64,000 nucleotides of DNA, taken from NCBI GenBank assembly GCA_010405405.1, contig MU004232.1, positions 1,879,481 through 1,943,480 of the forward strand, in the 5' to 3' direction. A model generated the notes under the pieces. That model ran no database searches. It saw nothing but the letters and a program-made list of their open reading frames with translations, and was not told where the DNA came from. This DNA is from Microthyrium microscopicum (taxonomy: Eukaryota). Shown piece after piece: positions 37,701-48,482 of this stretch (its first letter is position 1; the number at the start of each line of letters is the position of its first letter). The position numbers and the translations under genes are program-made.

Positions 37701-38270
37701 ACTGCTGGTGTGGTTGAAACGGCAAATTGATTTGAAGGACGAATTGCTGAGGATTAACAAATTTGGTCCAGAGGGTTGAGTTCCTGGATGGTGTACGAAG
37801 ATATGCGGACTTGGAAATATTTGGCTGGTTTAACTGGCTTTTTATGTCTACGCAGAAGATTGGAAATGTGAAATCTTCCCGCAGAGGTCTTGCGTTCGCA
37901 TGAATTCAAGAAGGTGGCCATTTCTACTTAGAGCCGCATGTCGCGCTAGAATGCTGGTCATCTCCTCTTCCAGTATGCACCGGTACGTAAAGCATGAGCG
38001 CAGAAATTATTGGTGGCGCTCGCTCCATTAGTGTAGTACCTGCAGGCTGCAGGTAGTATCTCCAAGCTTGTCCTAAAACTTGAGAAACGGGACCCTGCCC
38101 GGGATTTCGTAAGCATGGCACATAAGAGAAGTCGTAGCAGTCTACCGGCTTGGAACATCATGACGAAGTGATAAGCCAGAGAGATGTGACCTGACTTTTG
38201 AGGTCTACTATTCGAGTGCTTAACCGGGTCACGGGTGTTTGTAGGATCGCTGACATTTAGAAGTATAAAT

Positions 38271-38321
38271 TTATCTAGACACAAATAATATACCTTATCT
38301 AGACACAAATAATATACCTTA
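38271..38321. repeat. 24-bp perfect tandem duplication
   Basis: ttatctagacacaaataatatacc x2 + tta. Confidence 0.9.
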
Positions 38322-38769
38322 GCTATATATTAATGAATCATTCTCTCCGAAATCTGGCTGGAAAGGTGCTATAGACTATGTATAGAACAATCGAAAGGCT
38401 GCCTGCAGTGCGGTAATTTATGAAAGCAAGCCCCGAGGTACACGGCTTGTGGCTCACGATGGCGGCTACGCGGACGTGGCGGCCCGGCCCGCAGGCCCTT
38501 CTACCACGTGCATCTCGCTACAAAAGTACTAGCGGCAAGGCTGTGATTTATCCACTTTTTGGTCACTGCAAAAATGCGGGCCTGCTCCATCTTTATATTA
38601 TGTTTAAACCCTTTGGCAACTTTCAAGCCTCGAGAACTTTACTCCACAAAATTACCCTCGCCCAATTTTCAGTTTTCTCCAGCACCGAGGCGTCGCCATT
38701 TTTGCGCATCATTGCCCTCGAATAAAGCGCGCGGTACAAAGCTTTCCTTTCTGACATCAGGCTGCAACA

Positions 38770-40874
38770 ATGCCGGTGACTTTCCACTCACTTCCCCCAG
38801 AGATCTTGGAGATCATTTGTCATGGACTGGGAGACGTGCACAAGCCCAGCCTGGTTGCTCTCTCCCTCGTAAGTTACAAACTTCGTGCTGCAGCTCTGCG
38901 AGCGTTATTCCAGGCCATCTACATCAAAGCGAGCCGCGCAGATTTCGCGTCTACTCTGCAATGCTTCCCAGACTCGGCAAAGACCATAGTCCAGCGTCTC
39001 ATTGTCTGCAACTTCTCTGCAAAGCAGCAGACGTCAAGAGAAGGCAATCGAGTTATGGGTAATCACAATCTTCCCGACCAAAACAAGATTGTGCCGACAC
39101 AAAAAGGTGCCGATTATGTCAGTCTCTGAGACACCAGATTCGGTCTCTCGTCATCAGTTCCTTGGGGATATCCTCTTAGCCCATGAAAAGTCCCAAACAC
39201 GGGCTCCGGTTCAATCTCTCGGTACAGAAGATAATGCTGATTCCACGTTTATCCCACTCGCAAGCCTTGTCAGCGAACTACCAAAACTCAAAAGTTTGAT
39301 CTGGAAGAACTGGGACAATTTTCCAAATTGCATCTTGTACGAGCTTCACCATCATCGCTTGCAAGTCAAAATACACATGGACGCTTTCTATTTATCGTCG
39401 CTTGATGCCACCAAAGACTCTACTGACACAATTGCCACTTCACCATTCCTGCAAAGCGTCACCATCCATTATCGCGAAGATAGGTCTCAAGGTCTTATGG
39501 TCACTCAAAATGCTATTCTGCGTCAATTAGCCCGTCTTGCTCCCAACTTAAGGCGTGTTACATTCCACCCGGTTCCACGCCTAGAATACCCGACTAGCTT
39601 CTCTGATGCATTCGTTGAAAAGTGGGTAAATCATGAACGGGCAGAAGCGGCTGGCCAATTTCAAGATGTTCCATCAATGCGTTTGGAGTCCATCAAATCA
39701 AACGTGTTTCCGGCCTGTTATGACTCAACTTCCATCCCGAACACTGGCAAAAGCTGGTCTGAGTTCAATGACTTTTCTTTGCTTCGTGAAATTATCATCA
39801 CTGGACAAATTCGACCACAGGACATAAAATTCCTGGCTACACAAAGCAACTTGAAGTCATTAGAGACACTGATAATCACCACCAAGTTTCTTCCTTTTTG
39901 GGGTCTGCATGAAGATGAGCTCAATGAATTCCAGGATAGCATACTGGAGCTCCTCTGCAGCTTGAGTTCTTTTCCGACTTTAAAAAGGTTTTCAATAGAC
40001 TCAAAGTACTACGGCTTCGCCCCAGAAATGCTTAGCAGAGTGCTGAACTGCAAGAGCATACGGGTGCTATCATTGTGTCGTCCAGATGATCAAACTGACT
40101 GCTTCAAACATTTCACGGTATCAACGTCATCAGATATCGAAAAGATTAACTATGGTATGTAATTGTCATATATTCACAGCCAGCCTACTGTTTAATTCAG
40201 TGCTAATAAAACAACAAGGCCTTCCACTACTCGAAGAGCTTACCATAGCAGTCGACCGCTCATCCGGTGATGCGAACGAGGTGGCTATATACGAGCAACT
40301 GGGATCCTTTCGCAAGCTCAAGGACTTGCACCTTGCCCTCGCCTTCAGCCCGTCACTGAGCAAAAAGATATCTCAGAAAGCCCATTCCCGCCAAAACTCA
40401 GGAGAGGTTGTCTTCTCCGATCCAGACTTGCCTGATAATTCCAGCTTGACGCATCAAGAACTTGCTCGCGTCGCGCTCGCTCTGGGAATTGTATGCATAG
40501 ACGAAACACTGGTCAAGTCAATCCATGCTTTAGTCAATGTCTCTGGTAGCATTGAAACTTTGAAAATACAAGGGGTGGATTACTATTTGTTCGAGTACTG
40601 GGCCGACTTGAGTTTCTGTCCAAGCAAAGCTTGGGATACAATGCTCGCTTCCCTTGCCCGTCCATGGATTGTCAATAAGCATCCGAACATCGATCTTCAC
40701 ACTGAGCTCATATTCTACCGCCATCCCGTAAATCGTCAGTATTATAACCACGGGCTGAAAAGCAAAGAGAGAAGAATACTGTCACGAATCTGGCCTGGTA
40801 GTGAAGTCGAAGGTCCTCAGCATGTGTGGGAGAAGCACTGTCATTCTTTACAGCTTCAGACGACCAAAATGTGA
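38770..40874 (+). CDS. F-box-like protein, paralog 3; frame break near 39060-39137 (weak intron or frameshift); intron 40154-40218
   Basis: MPVTFHSLPPEILEIICHGL...SLVSYKLR; LIWKNWD; GLPLLEELTIAVDRSSGDANEVAIYEQLG. Confidence 0.72.
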
Positions 40875-41902
40875 GCACCTTGCAGCAAAATTGCTTATAA
40901 CAAAAAGCCTGGCTTTTTATGAGGATCATGAATGGACTGGGGTTCGAGGGGAACAGCTACCTCGAATATAACATAATCTTGTCAACATTTGGTTATCGAT
41001 CGCTTTGATTCCCCTACAAATTCTTAACTTTTGACTCTTTATCGAGTATCGTGGATTCAAGGGAGATCACCCGAACATATAAGTCGCTTGGTCCTGTGGT
41101 CCGGATTATTGAGAGGAGGTCATGAGATGCAATGATTGCCGTACAGAAATCTGCCATTTTCAGTCTCCCTTAAGCTCCCCTGACGGGCATCGTATTACTA
41201 TCTAGCGGTATTTTGACCTAGGAGCGATAGAAGTTCCAGACGACATAGTCTGGCAACAGACAACTTGTAAACCAGAGCCACGATGGCATGAGCCATTTGC
41301 TAACCCAACTCGGCCTGAACGCTTGGGAAGATATGGGCCCATCATGGACTTGTGGTCTAAGAGTTTGATGATTGAGCACCACTTCGACAGGCGAGCGGTA
41401 GGCTGGTTGTCAAATGACGAGAATACACCAACGCAAAGAACTTGGGTATAGAAACGCTGTCCACGAGTTGCACAGGCCTGGGCTGAGAAGAAGTGTGGTG
41501 GTTGAGATCAAATGGAATGGTGAGTAACAAGTGCGGCGTATCGCAAAATAAGTTCGAAACGCTTTGAAAAGCTTGAGGGTAATCTTTAAATGCTGATGTG
41601 TGGGTAGGATTTGAACAAAATGCGAAAATAATCTATTGAACTGTTGTTGAGGACTTCGCAGCCTTATATTGCTGCTAAGATTCCGCAGCCTTATAGTGCC
41701 GCCAACCAATCAGAATCAAACACTCATAGAATTAGCAAGGCTGCACTGTGACAGAAGGATCGAACGTGCCAAACTCAGTCTCGCGAGGTGTAAGGGCAAC
41801 AGCACCTTCCTTATCGGTCAAGACCCGTGGTCACTGCACTGTGGTGAATGACTCCAGATCTCAAGGTATAAAACCTTGAAGAGACTCTCAGTGCAATACT
41901 CC

Positions 41903-41960
41903 TCATCACCACATCACCGCATCACCGCATCACCGCATCACCGCCTCACCGCCTCACCCA
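41903..41960 (+). repeat. 8-mer minisatellite (CATCACCG-like, about 7 copies) in the presumed 5' UTR of F-box paralog 4, downstream of TATAAAA at ~41867
   Basis: catcaccacatcaccgcatcaccgcatcaccgcatcaccgcctcaccgcctcacc. Confidence 0.85.
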
Positions 41961-42098
41961 ACACCTTCCCTTTGCTTACCCTTTTATTTCTTGTCCAAGA
42001 GCCCTCCAAGCTCCTCCAATATTCTGCTGTTGTACTACACGCCTTCTATCTCCTCCCAACTCCATCGCTTTTACCAACGTAAAATTGGTAACAGCGGA

Positions 42099-44060
42099 AT
42101 GACCCGAACCATGGGCGTTGATATGGACTCCAAAATGCCACGCCGCAAACTCGACTCTCTTCCCGTTGAGCTATTGGTCATGATTTGCGAGCAGTTAGCT
42201 ATCGTTCACAAGCCCAGCCTAAAGTCTATTGCTTGCGTCAACAAAACCTTACGCGACGCCACAATTCCATCCCTATTTGCCACTGTCAAATTCACGATTC
42301 TAGACCTAGCACAGCTTGTTGACGCTCTTCAACGACTTCCATCAGATGCAATCCCAGTAGTCAAACACTTTATCGTCGACCGCTGGCTCTGGGTGCCCAA
42401 CTGGCCAGAACACATTGACTTGACCAATTCTGGCCGATATATTGCCAGCTGGAGTTCCGAGCAAGAGGATCCTACTGCAGATGTTTTCTTTCCACCACGC
42501 CACATCTTACACCCTAAACGTGAGCCACGGATATTGGAGAACAGCTCAGCACAAAGTGATTCTGTTTGGGACCCCCTTGCGAATGTCATCGCGCAAATGA
42601 CACTGCTCTCGGAGCTGACTTGGAAATCCGAGAGTAGATTGCCCATGTGTCTGCTGACACAGATACACAAATCGCACTCGGGATGCAAACTTCGCATAGA
42701 CAGTTTTCGCTTTTCCAATAGGGATGGGAAACTAGATGCGCATGAATATGCCATTGCTACCTCTCCATGCTTATATGGCATTCGTTTCAACCAGTGGTAC
42801 CAGGCAGCTGATCATCCTCATGCCGACGGAGCAACTCGCGCCCTAGTCAAAGGGATTGCTCCAAACCTCAAAGAAGTCTCTTTGATTGAATGGGATAATA
42901 CGTGGGGGAAGGGGTGGTCCCGCCGTACCTGGCGCGGTGTGCCTGGCAATGTTTCATTCAATGCTTATACTCATGGAGCAATGGGTTCACTCACTACACT
43001 CGTGCTGGACGGTACAAACAACATCCGCGGATGGCGTGACGCAACTCAATTCCCGCTCCTCAGAACCCTGGCTGTCGTTGGAATCAATGCAGAGACCGTT
43101 GAGCACTTGGCAAAATGTCAGCTTCCCTCTCTGACATCTTTGTTTCTAGCACCCCAGTCCCTATCCGTGTTTGAAGGCAGCGAGCTAGTCTTTCAAATGG
43201 TACAACAACTGGCACGTACCGGCTCGCGACTTCAAGAACTATCACTAGGGGAACAACCTTATCCCAAGATGATATGGCCAGCTCTGGAGATTTTTGGCAA
43301 GTCTCTGAAGAAATTCTGCCTCTACTCTGGATTCTCTAAGCATGCTTTTGTTTGGGGTGTTCCAATGCTTGAGAAGATTCGGTCTCTCTGTCCCCAACTT
43401 GAGGAGTTGTCGCTGCAAGTTCCACGAACCTTTGGCGACAAGCAAGAGGTAGCCATATACCAGGCCTTAGGTTCTTTTCCTAGACTACGCCGCATCCATG
43501 TGGCATTAAATTGTGCAGTGGAGACTAAGTTCATTGAATTGTCAGATAGTGGTTGGAAATGGAGTGGTCACTCTTTCGAGACCTTGCAGAATAAGTCTGC
43601 TGCTGCCACTGCCAATCCTTTCTGCTTCAGCGTTCTGATCAATTGCTGCATTGACGAGGTCTTAGCAAAGTCAATATTTGCAGCTATTTGCTCTGGCAAA
43701 ACTCTTGACTCGTTTCCACTGGAGATTTTGAAAATTGAGAGCACGAATACAAAGCAAGGCGAAAAACTGAGCAACAAGCCTTGGGAGGATCGGTTCAGCG
43801 ACCAAATGCAAACTACAGTGGAAATTCTGGCACGCAAATGGCTTATTACGGTGAATCCCAATCAGGATAGACCAAATGAGTTGATATCTGTCCAATTTGG
43901 TCCACGATATCAGCAAGATCTACACACACAACCTTGGTGGTTCGCTTGGTTGTCGAGCTCTGAGCAGGCAGCTATGAAAGAACTATGGCCAGATAGCGAG
44001 AACATGGCTTTCACGAACGTCGACTTGCTGCAGATCTGCCACAGCTTTCCGCTCACGTAG
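42099..44060 (+). CDS. F-box-like protein, paralog 4, intronless (start could be ATG 42135)
   Basis: MPRRKLDSLPVELLVMICEQL...ACVNKTLR..LFATV; CPQLEELSLQVPRTFGDKQEVAIYQALG; ends CHSFPLT. Confidence 0.85.
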   Translation: MTRTMGVDMDSKMPRRKLDSLPVELLVMICEQLAIVHKPSLKSIACVNKTLRDATIPSLFATVKFTILDLAQLVDALQRLPSDAIPVVKHFIVDRWLWVPNWPEHIDLTNSGRYIASWSSEQEDPTADVFFPPRHILHPKREPRILENSSAQSDSVWDPLANVIAQMTLLSELTWKSESRLPMCLLTQIHKSHSGCKLRIDSFRFSNRDGKLDAHEYAIATSPCLYGIRFNQWYQAADHPHADGATRALVKGIAPNLKEVSLIEWDNTWGKGWSRRTWRGVPGNVSFNAYTHGAMGSLTTLVLDGTNNIRGWRDATQFPLLRTLAVVGINAETVEHLAKCQLPSLTSLFLAPQSLSVFEGSELVFQMVQQLARTGSRLQELSLGEQPYPKMIWPALEIFGKSLKKFCLYSGFSKHAFVWGVPMLEKIRSLCPQLEELSLQVPRTFGDKQEVAIYQALGSFPRLRRIHVALNCAVETKFIELSDSGWKWSGHSFETLQNKSAAATANPFCFSVLINCCIDEVLAKSIFAAICSGKTLDSFPLEILKIESTNTKQGEKLSNKPWEDRFSDQMQTTVEILARKWLITVNPNQDRPNELISVQFGPRYQQDLHTQPWWFAWLSSSEQAAMKELWPDSENMAFTNVDLLQICHSFPLT

Positions 44061-45822
44061 TGAGTACTTTGAGAATGGTTATGGGCAGTTGTTGGATCGT
44101 AATTTCGACTAAGCTGTCGTAGCGGGAGTGTTGTTTTATGGGTCTGAAGGTGCTCCCACCACACTCGATGGCTATCAGAGCATACTATGCGACGTTCTCA
44201 AGATCTGAAAGCCTGGCAGCAAGGTCTCGTGTGTGCAGTCGGGCCGGATTGGGTTGGATCTTGTTGTCTTGACTGCGAATCTAAATTAATGAAAGAGAAG
44301 TGTACCATTTCTGGTCCCTGTGACCTATTTCTTGTCAAGATACTGTGAATTTGTGACTGCTCTCTCCTCTCAGTCTTATGCTTTCTCAACGTCCCATTCC
44401 TATCTTACAAGCACGTACTCAGATCAAGTAATGACTTTCTCTTAATGAATGCATGATGCAGAATCCGCTAGTATAGCAGCACCTCTAGGTTGATGGCCAT
44501 CGTCATTGCCTCCAACTTTATTTGTACTCTAGCTTCGATGGAATGAACACATCAGCACGGCTGTTAGCGGTAGGAGGGTCTAGAACCACGCTTACAATTC
44601 TCTATTCTGTTACAAGTTCAAGGCAGAAGATGTCAGGTTGTCGAATTCTTGGCATGTTAGACGAAGCTGAGCTCCATGATACACAACAAGTAGCTGTGGA
44701 ACCACCTTTCAGACCCCAGATTTACCTTCTCTTCAGCTCATGTTATTGCCTGCTTGGCGTTACACCAACCGTATTCAACTTCTTGGAGAGGTCAGCTGTT
44801 CTGTGAAGACTTAGAGAAACGAGATTGCTCGTGAAGAAAGGCGGACAGTGTAGAGAGGCTGTGGCAGTAGAGAACATACATGTTAACCCGAATTTCTTAC
44901 TGATTTGCACCTAGTCGGATGAGGATCTAGTCGTTCATAATCTATTCAAGTCAGCCGCAAAAGCTAATATTGTCTATCATGCTCGCCAAGGTCTCTTCAT
45001 AGTCACAGCACATTGTCGTGAGACTTGCTGCAAGGACCGGCAATCGTAAGACTTCTTTGTTTCTTCAGTCTACTACGTACTATGGGGCCGACTTCTAACT
45101 TTAGAGATAAAGGTTCATATGAGGTAGTACAATCCGCGTGCCTTGCCCTCGACTGCTCCTCATGAACATCATGTATAGAGTTGGTACTGGATAAGAAGCC
45201 TCGATAGACTTTGCAACTTATCTCAAGAGTCGATGCCACCGATAGAAAAGTGAAACCTCTGATGCGGAATGCTTTGTTACTTTGCAGTAGAACGGATAGA
45301 TTGTAACTCGTGAAGTAGACAGCGAGTACGGAGTACCTTGAGCAATAGACTGACGTGAAAAGGCGTAGTAACCTAAGTAAGTGGAAGCAAGCAAGCTACG
45401 GTAGCACGATGTTCTAGGCCCAGCATAATGCGGGTTGGAGTTTGGAAAAGACCAGTGACACAATACTCAGATGACATAGACTACCTTTACAGCTTCCTAC
45501 ACTCTGTTCTCGTAAACACTGCCATCAACTCTCTTGGCCACCATCGACTCTCTTGGCTGCCACTCTCGCCTTACCGTCTGTGAATGTTGTGACATCAAGT
45601 GTTAGCTGTACTTCTCCAACTTTCGGCGATTCCGTATTCGAGGGATATGACCATCCAGAAACACGCAAGCTGAGAGGTGGAGCTGTTTTCGTGTATGGGC
45701 AAAGCATGTAGATATATATATATCTATATAAAGGCGGGCCACAGGTATACTCAGAATGAACTCACTGAACTTCATTCGATCAATTTCAACAGCAAGACAA
45801 AAATCTCAAAGTCAATCTCACT

Positions 45823-46495
45823 ATGCGCTTCTTCTATAACGCCGTCATCGCTTTCTTTACGGTCGTAGGCACTGCCTCACCAGTCCCTGAAGCCGAAGAC
45901 CAGCCAGATCCCAAGAGTGTTTACATCGAGAGCGTCACCTGGAATGGCTCTGGTTGCAAGAGGGGCACCTCCGATACCACGGCTTCACTCTCAGATGACC
46001 GCAAGACCATTTCTGTCTTGTATTCAAACTATGTTGCCCAGTCTGGCACTGGCTCATCCGCCTCTGACGGTCGCAAGAACTGTTTGCTGAACTTCAAGCT
46101 TCATGTTCCTAAAGGCTGGCAGTACACCATGTCGAACACTATCTTCCACGGCTTTGCTGATATGGGAAATGGTGGTTGCAATGGCTATGTGAAGGCTTCC
46201 TACTGGTTCTCGGGGCAGACTGGCTCGGTAAGACATATAATAGCTCGATATTATCATGCATCTCTGACATGTCTAGGTTGGCGCACAATACAACTTCCCA
46301 AAAAACGCACTTGGCAACTACGAGACCACAACAACTGTGCAAGCAATTTGGCCCACTTGCAACATTCCGACTATGTTCAACGTCAATTCCGAGGCATATA
46401 TCTCGTGCAGCAAGAACCGTGGCCAGCTCACAGTCGACTCTATTGACCACACTTATCGTGAGACTTATATTCTTTCATGGCGCCGTTGTGATTAG
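45823..46495 (+). CDS. Secreted DUF4360-family protein; intron 46228-46277
   Basis: Signal peptide; VTWNGSGC, RKNCLLNFKLHVPKGWQY, YWFSGQ, IWPTC, LTVDSID, SWRRC; TATA-rich element at ~45710-45733. Confidence 0.85.
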
Positions 46496-46813
46496 ATCCT
46501 CATGTTTGATGCTGCAGTTCTTAGTTATGATTCAAAAAATGATTGTGGAATGTCCGAAGCCAGATTTAGGAGGGACAAGTGAGGAGGTAACACAAACGGT
46601 CGTTAAATTTTGGTTGATGAAAGTCTTAGCTTGGTTTTGTATCAATTAAACGGCCTTCCTATGCTCCTATGCATTGATAGTGGCCATTCTCTTCCTCTGT
46701 TCCCGTTCATGTCTGTCGTCAATGCCGTTGGTCATGTGAGTGATGATGGCCCCGTACTTCAGATGGAGTGCAGAGCTGATCAACTTGGCTTTGTTTGCCA
46801 CGTCCAATCTTGC

Positions 46814-47620
46814 TCAAGCGCCGTTCGCTCCATGTCTGCCCATTTCCATCTCGAGTTGCTGTCCTACCGGGTCCTCGTATTCTGCTTCCTGATACGCGCC
46901 AGTAGATGCCTGTACAGGCTCAACATCAACGTCCATTTCGTCGCCTTCCAAATGGCCGTTACCTAGAGTCCCACTACGAGATGGAATAGTGCCATCGTCA
47001 CCAGCAGGACGGGTTTCATCGATTTCAGGATGAAGGATGTTGATATGTCTCGATGGCTGTGATGGGCCGCTTCGAGATTCTGGTACATCCGCCGCAGTTG
47101 ACTTTGTGGCGATCGAGCTCTCGCCCGGTTTGAAGTTCTTTCCACGCTGCTCTACAAACTTCTTGAAAGTGGTAGTGCGGGGAACAACATCACTGAGAAA
47201 TTCCAAGTTGTCTATTCTAGACACAGCGTTTGCTAGGTTTGAAACGTTAGCTTGGACTGAGTACGAGAGTGTGAACATACCGACGTCGTTATACTGCAGA
47301 TTTTTACGAGGTCGCTTTTCGGACTTGACCATCTCGTATGCTCGTTCTGTGAGGTGTTGAACGAACATCTCTGTGGCAATGGTCATGATAAATGCTGCAT
47401 TATTGGAACAGTTTGATATGTCGTCGTCAACATTGATAATCTTCTTGATGCGCGCAACTATAGACAATCAGTACCGTGGCCCTGGCATTCTCTGATGCTA
47501 AGTCATCCCATCTTTACACGATATTGGATTCCTTTAGCTTTGGGGTTTGTCCTTACGGGGCAGTGAGACCGCGCCTGTGATATCCTTAGGTGGAGGTACT
47601 GGAGTATTGTTATACGGCAT
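46814..47620 (-). CDS. Histone-fold (CBF/NF-YC type) protein, Dpb3/CHRAC-like; 2 introns
   Basis: MPYNNT...SLPLARIKKII...AAFIMTIATEMFVQHL...RKNLQYNDV/ANAVSRIDNLEFLSDVVP. Confidence 0.85.
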
Positions 47621-47944
47621 TGCAACGCGCATGGGGATTACTCTTGAAGTTTCGGAGAGTCAAAGACCGGACCCGTATACGATTTTATCGCTCGTAAAAA
47701 TTAGAGTAAGTGTCAGGATGTGGTAGAGAAATGGACGCGCTTTGAGAACGCGATCAGGGTCAATTTCCAAATCGACAAATCCCTGTCGCCACATGGCTGT
47801 GGCCGTGCAAATTGCTTCAGCCACAATCATCCATGCGGGTGCTCTGGCGTAGTGATGCGGATTAAGGGACTTAATCCGTGTGCCCTGATCCACGGTGTGC
47901 CCCGTTATAATACAGGTGTGCCAGATCCGCGCAGATCAACTCAT

Positions 47945-48260
47945 GTAATTGGTGTAATAGTAGAACACGTAATTATTTGGCATTATGTTAACTTAATAGG
48001 GATTAGCGAGCTTTAAGTCACAGCACTATATCATAGGCCCTTAGGATTACCTATTCTAATTAGCTTATAAGCTAAAACTTAGGTACAGAATATCTTACTT
48101 TATATAGAAGTAAATCGTTTAATAATAAGGTAGTAGATATAAAGTAGTAAGACCCCTCTATAGCTCGTAAATAAAGCAAAAAGCTCTATTAACGGCTAAA
48201 TTATTATAATATTATGGAATCTTCATTTTATCAAGGTTTTTAGTAAGTAGAATTCTAGTC
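47945..48260. mobile_element. AT-rich, TpA-rich island, probable RIP-mutated repeat relic
   Basis: Abrupt AT enrichment with many TA/TAG/CTA and few CA/TG dinucleotides relative to flanks (estimated by eye). Confidence 0.5.
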
Positions 48261-48482
48261 CTCTGATTGGATGCTTTTGTTAGCGTGGATTAACAGTGTG
48301 CGCGTTAATCCAGAGCAGCATCACTACTCTGGCGATTTCGCGATTCAACTTCATCCGATGTGAATCAGTTTGATTTTCAGCGCATATCTGTCTTGGACGT
48401 CTTCTTTGAGCTGTCCTTGACTATTACTCTTTTTTTTCTTGACTAGACGCAGGCGCCGCTCTCTCGATACCTTCACAATGCA

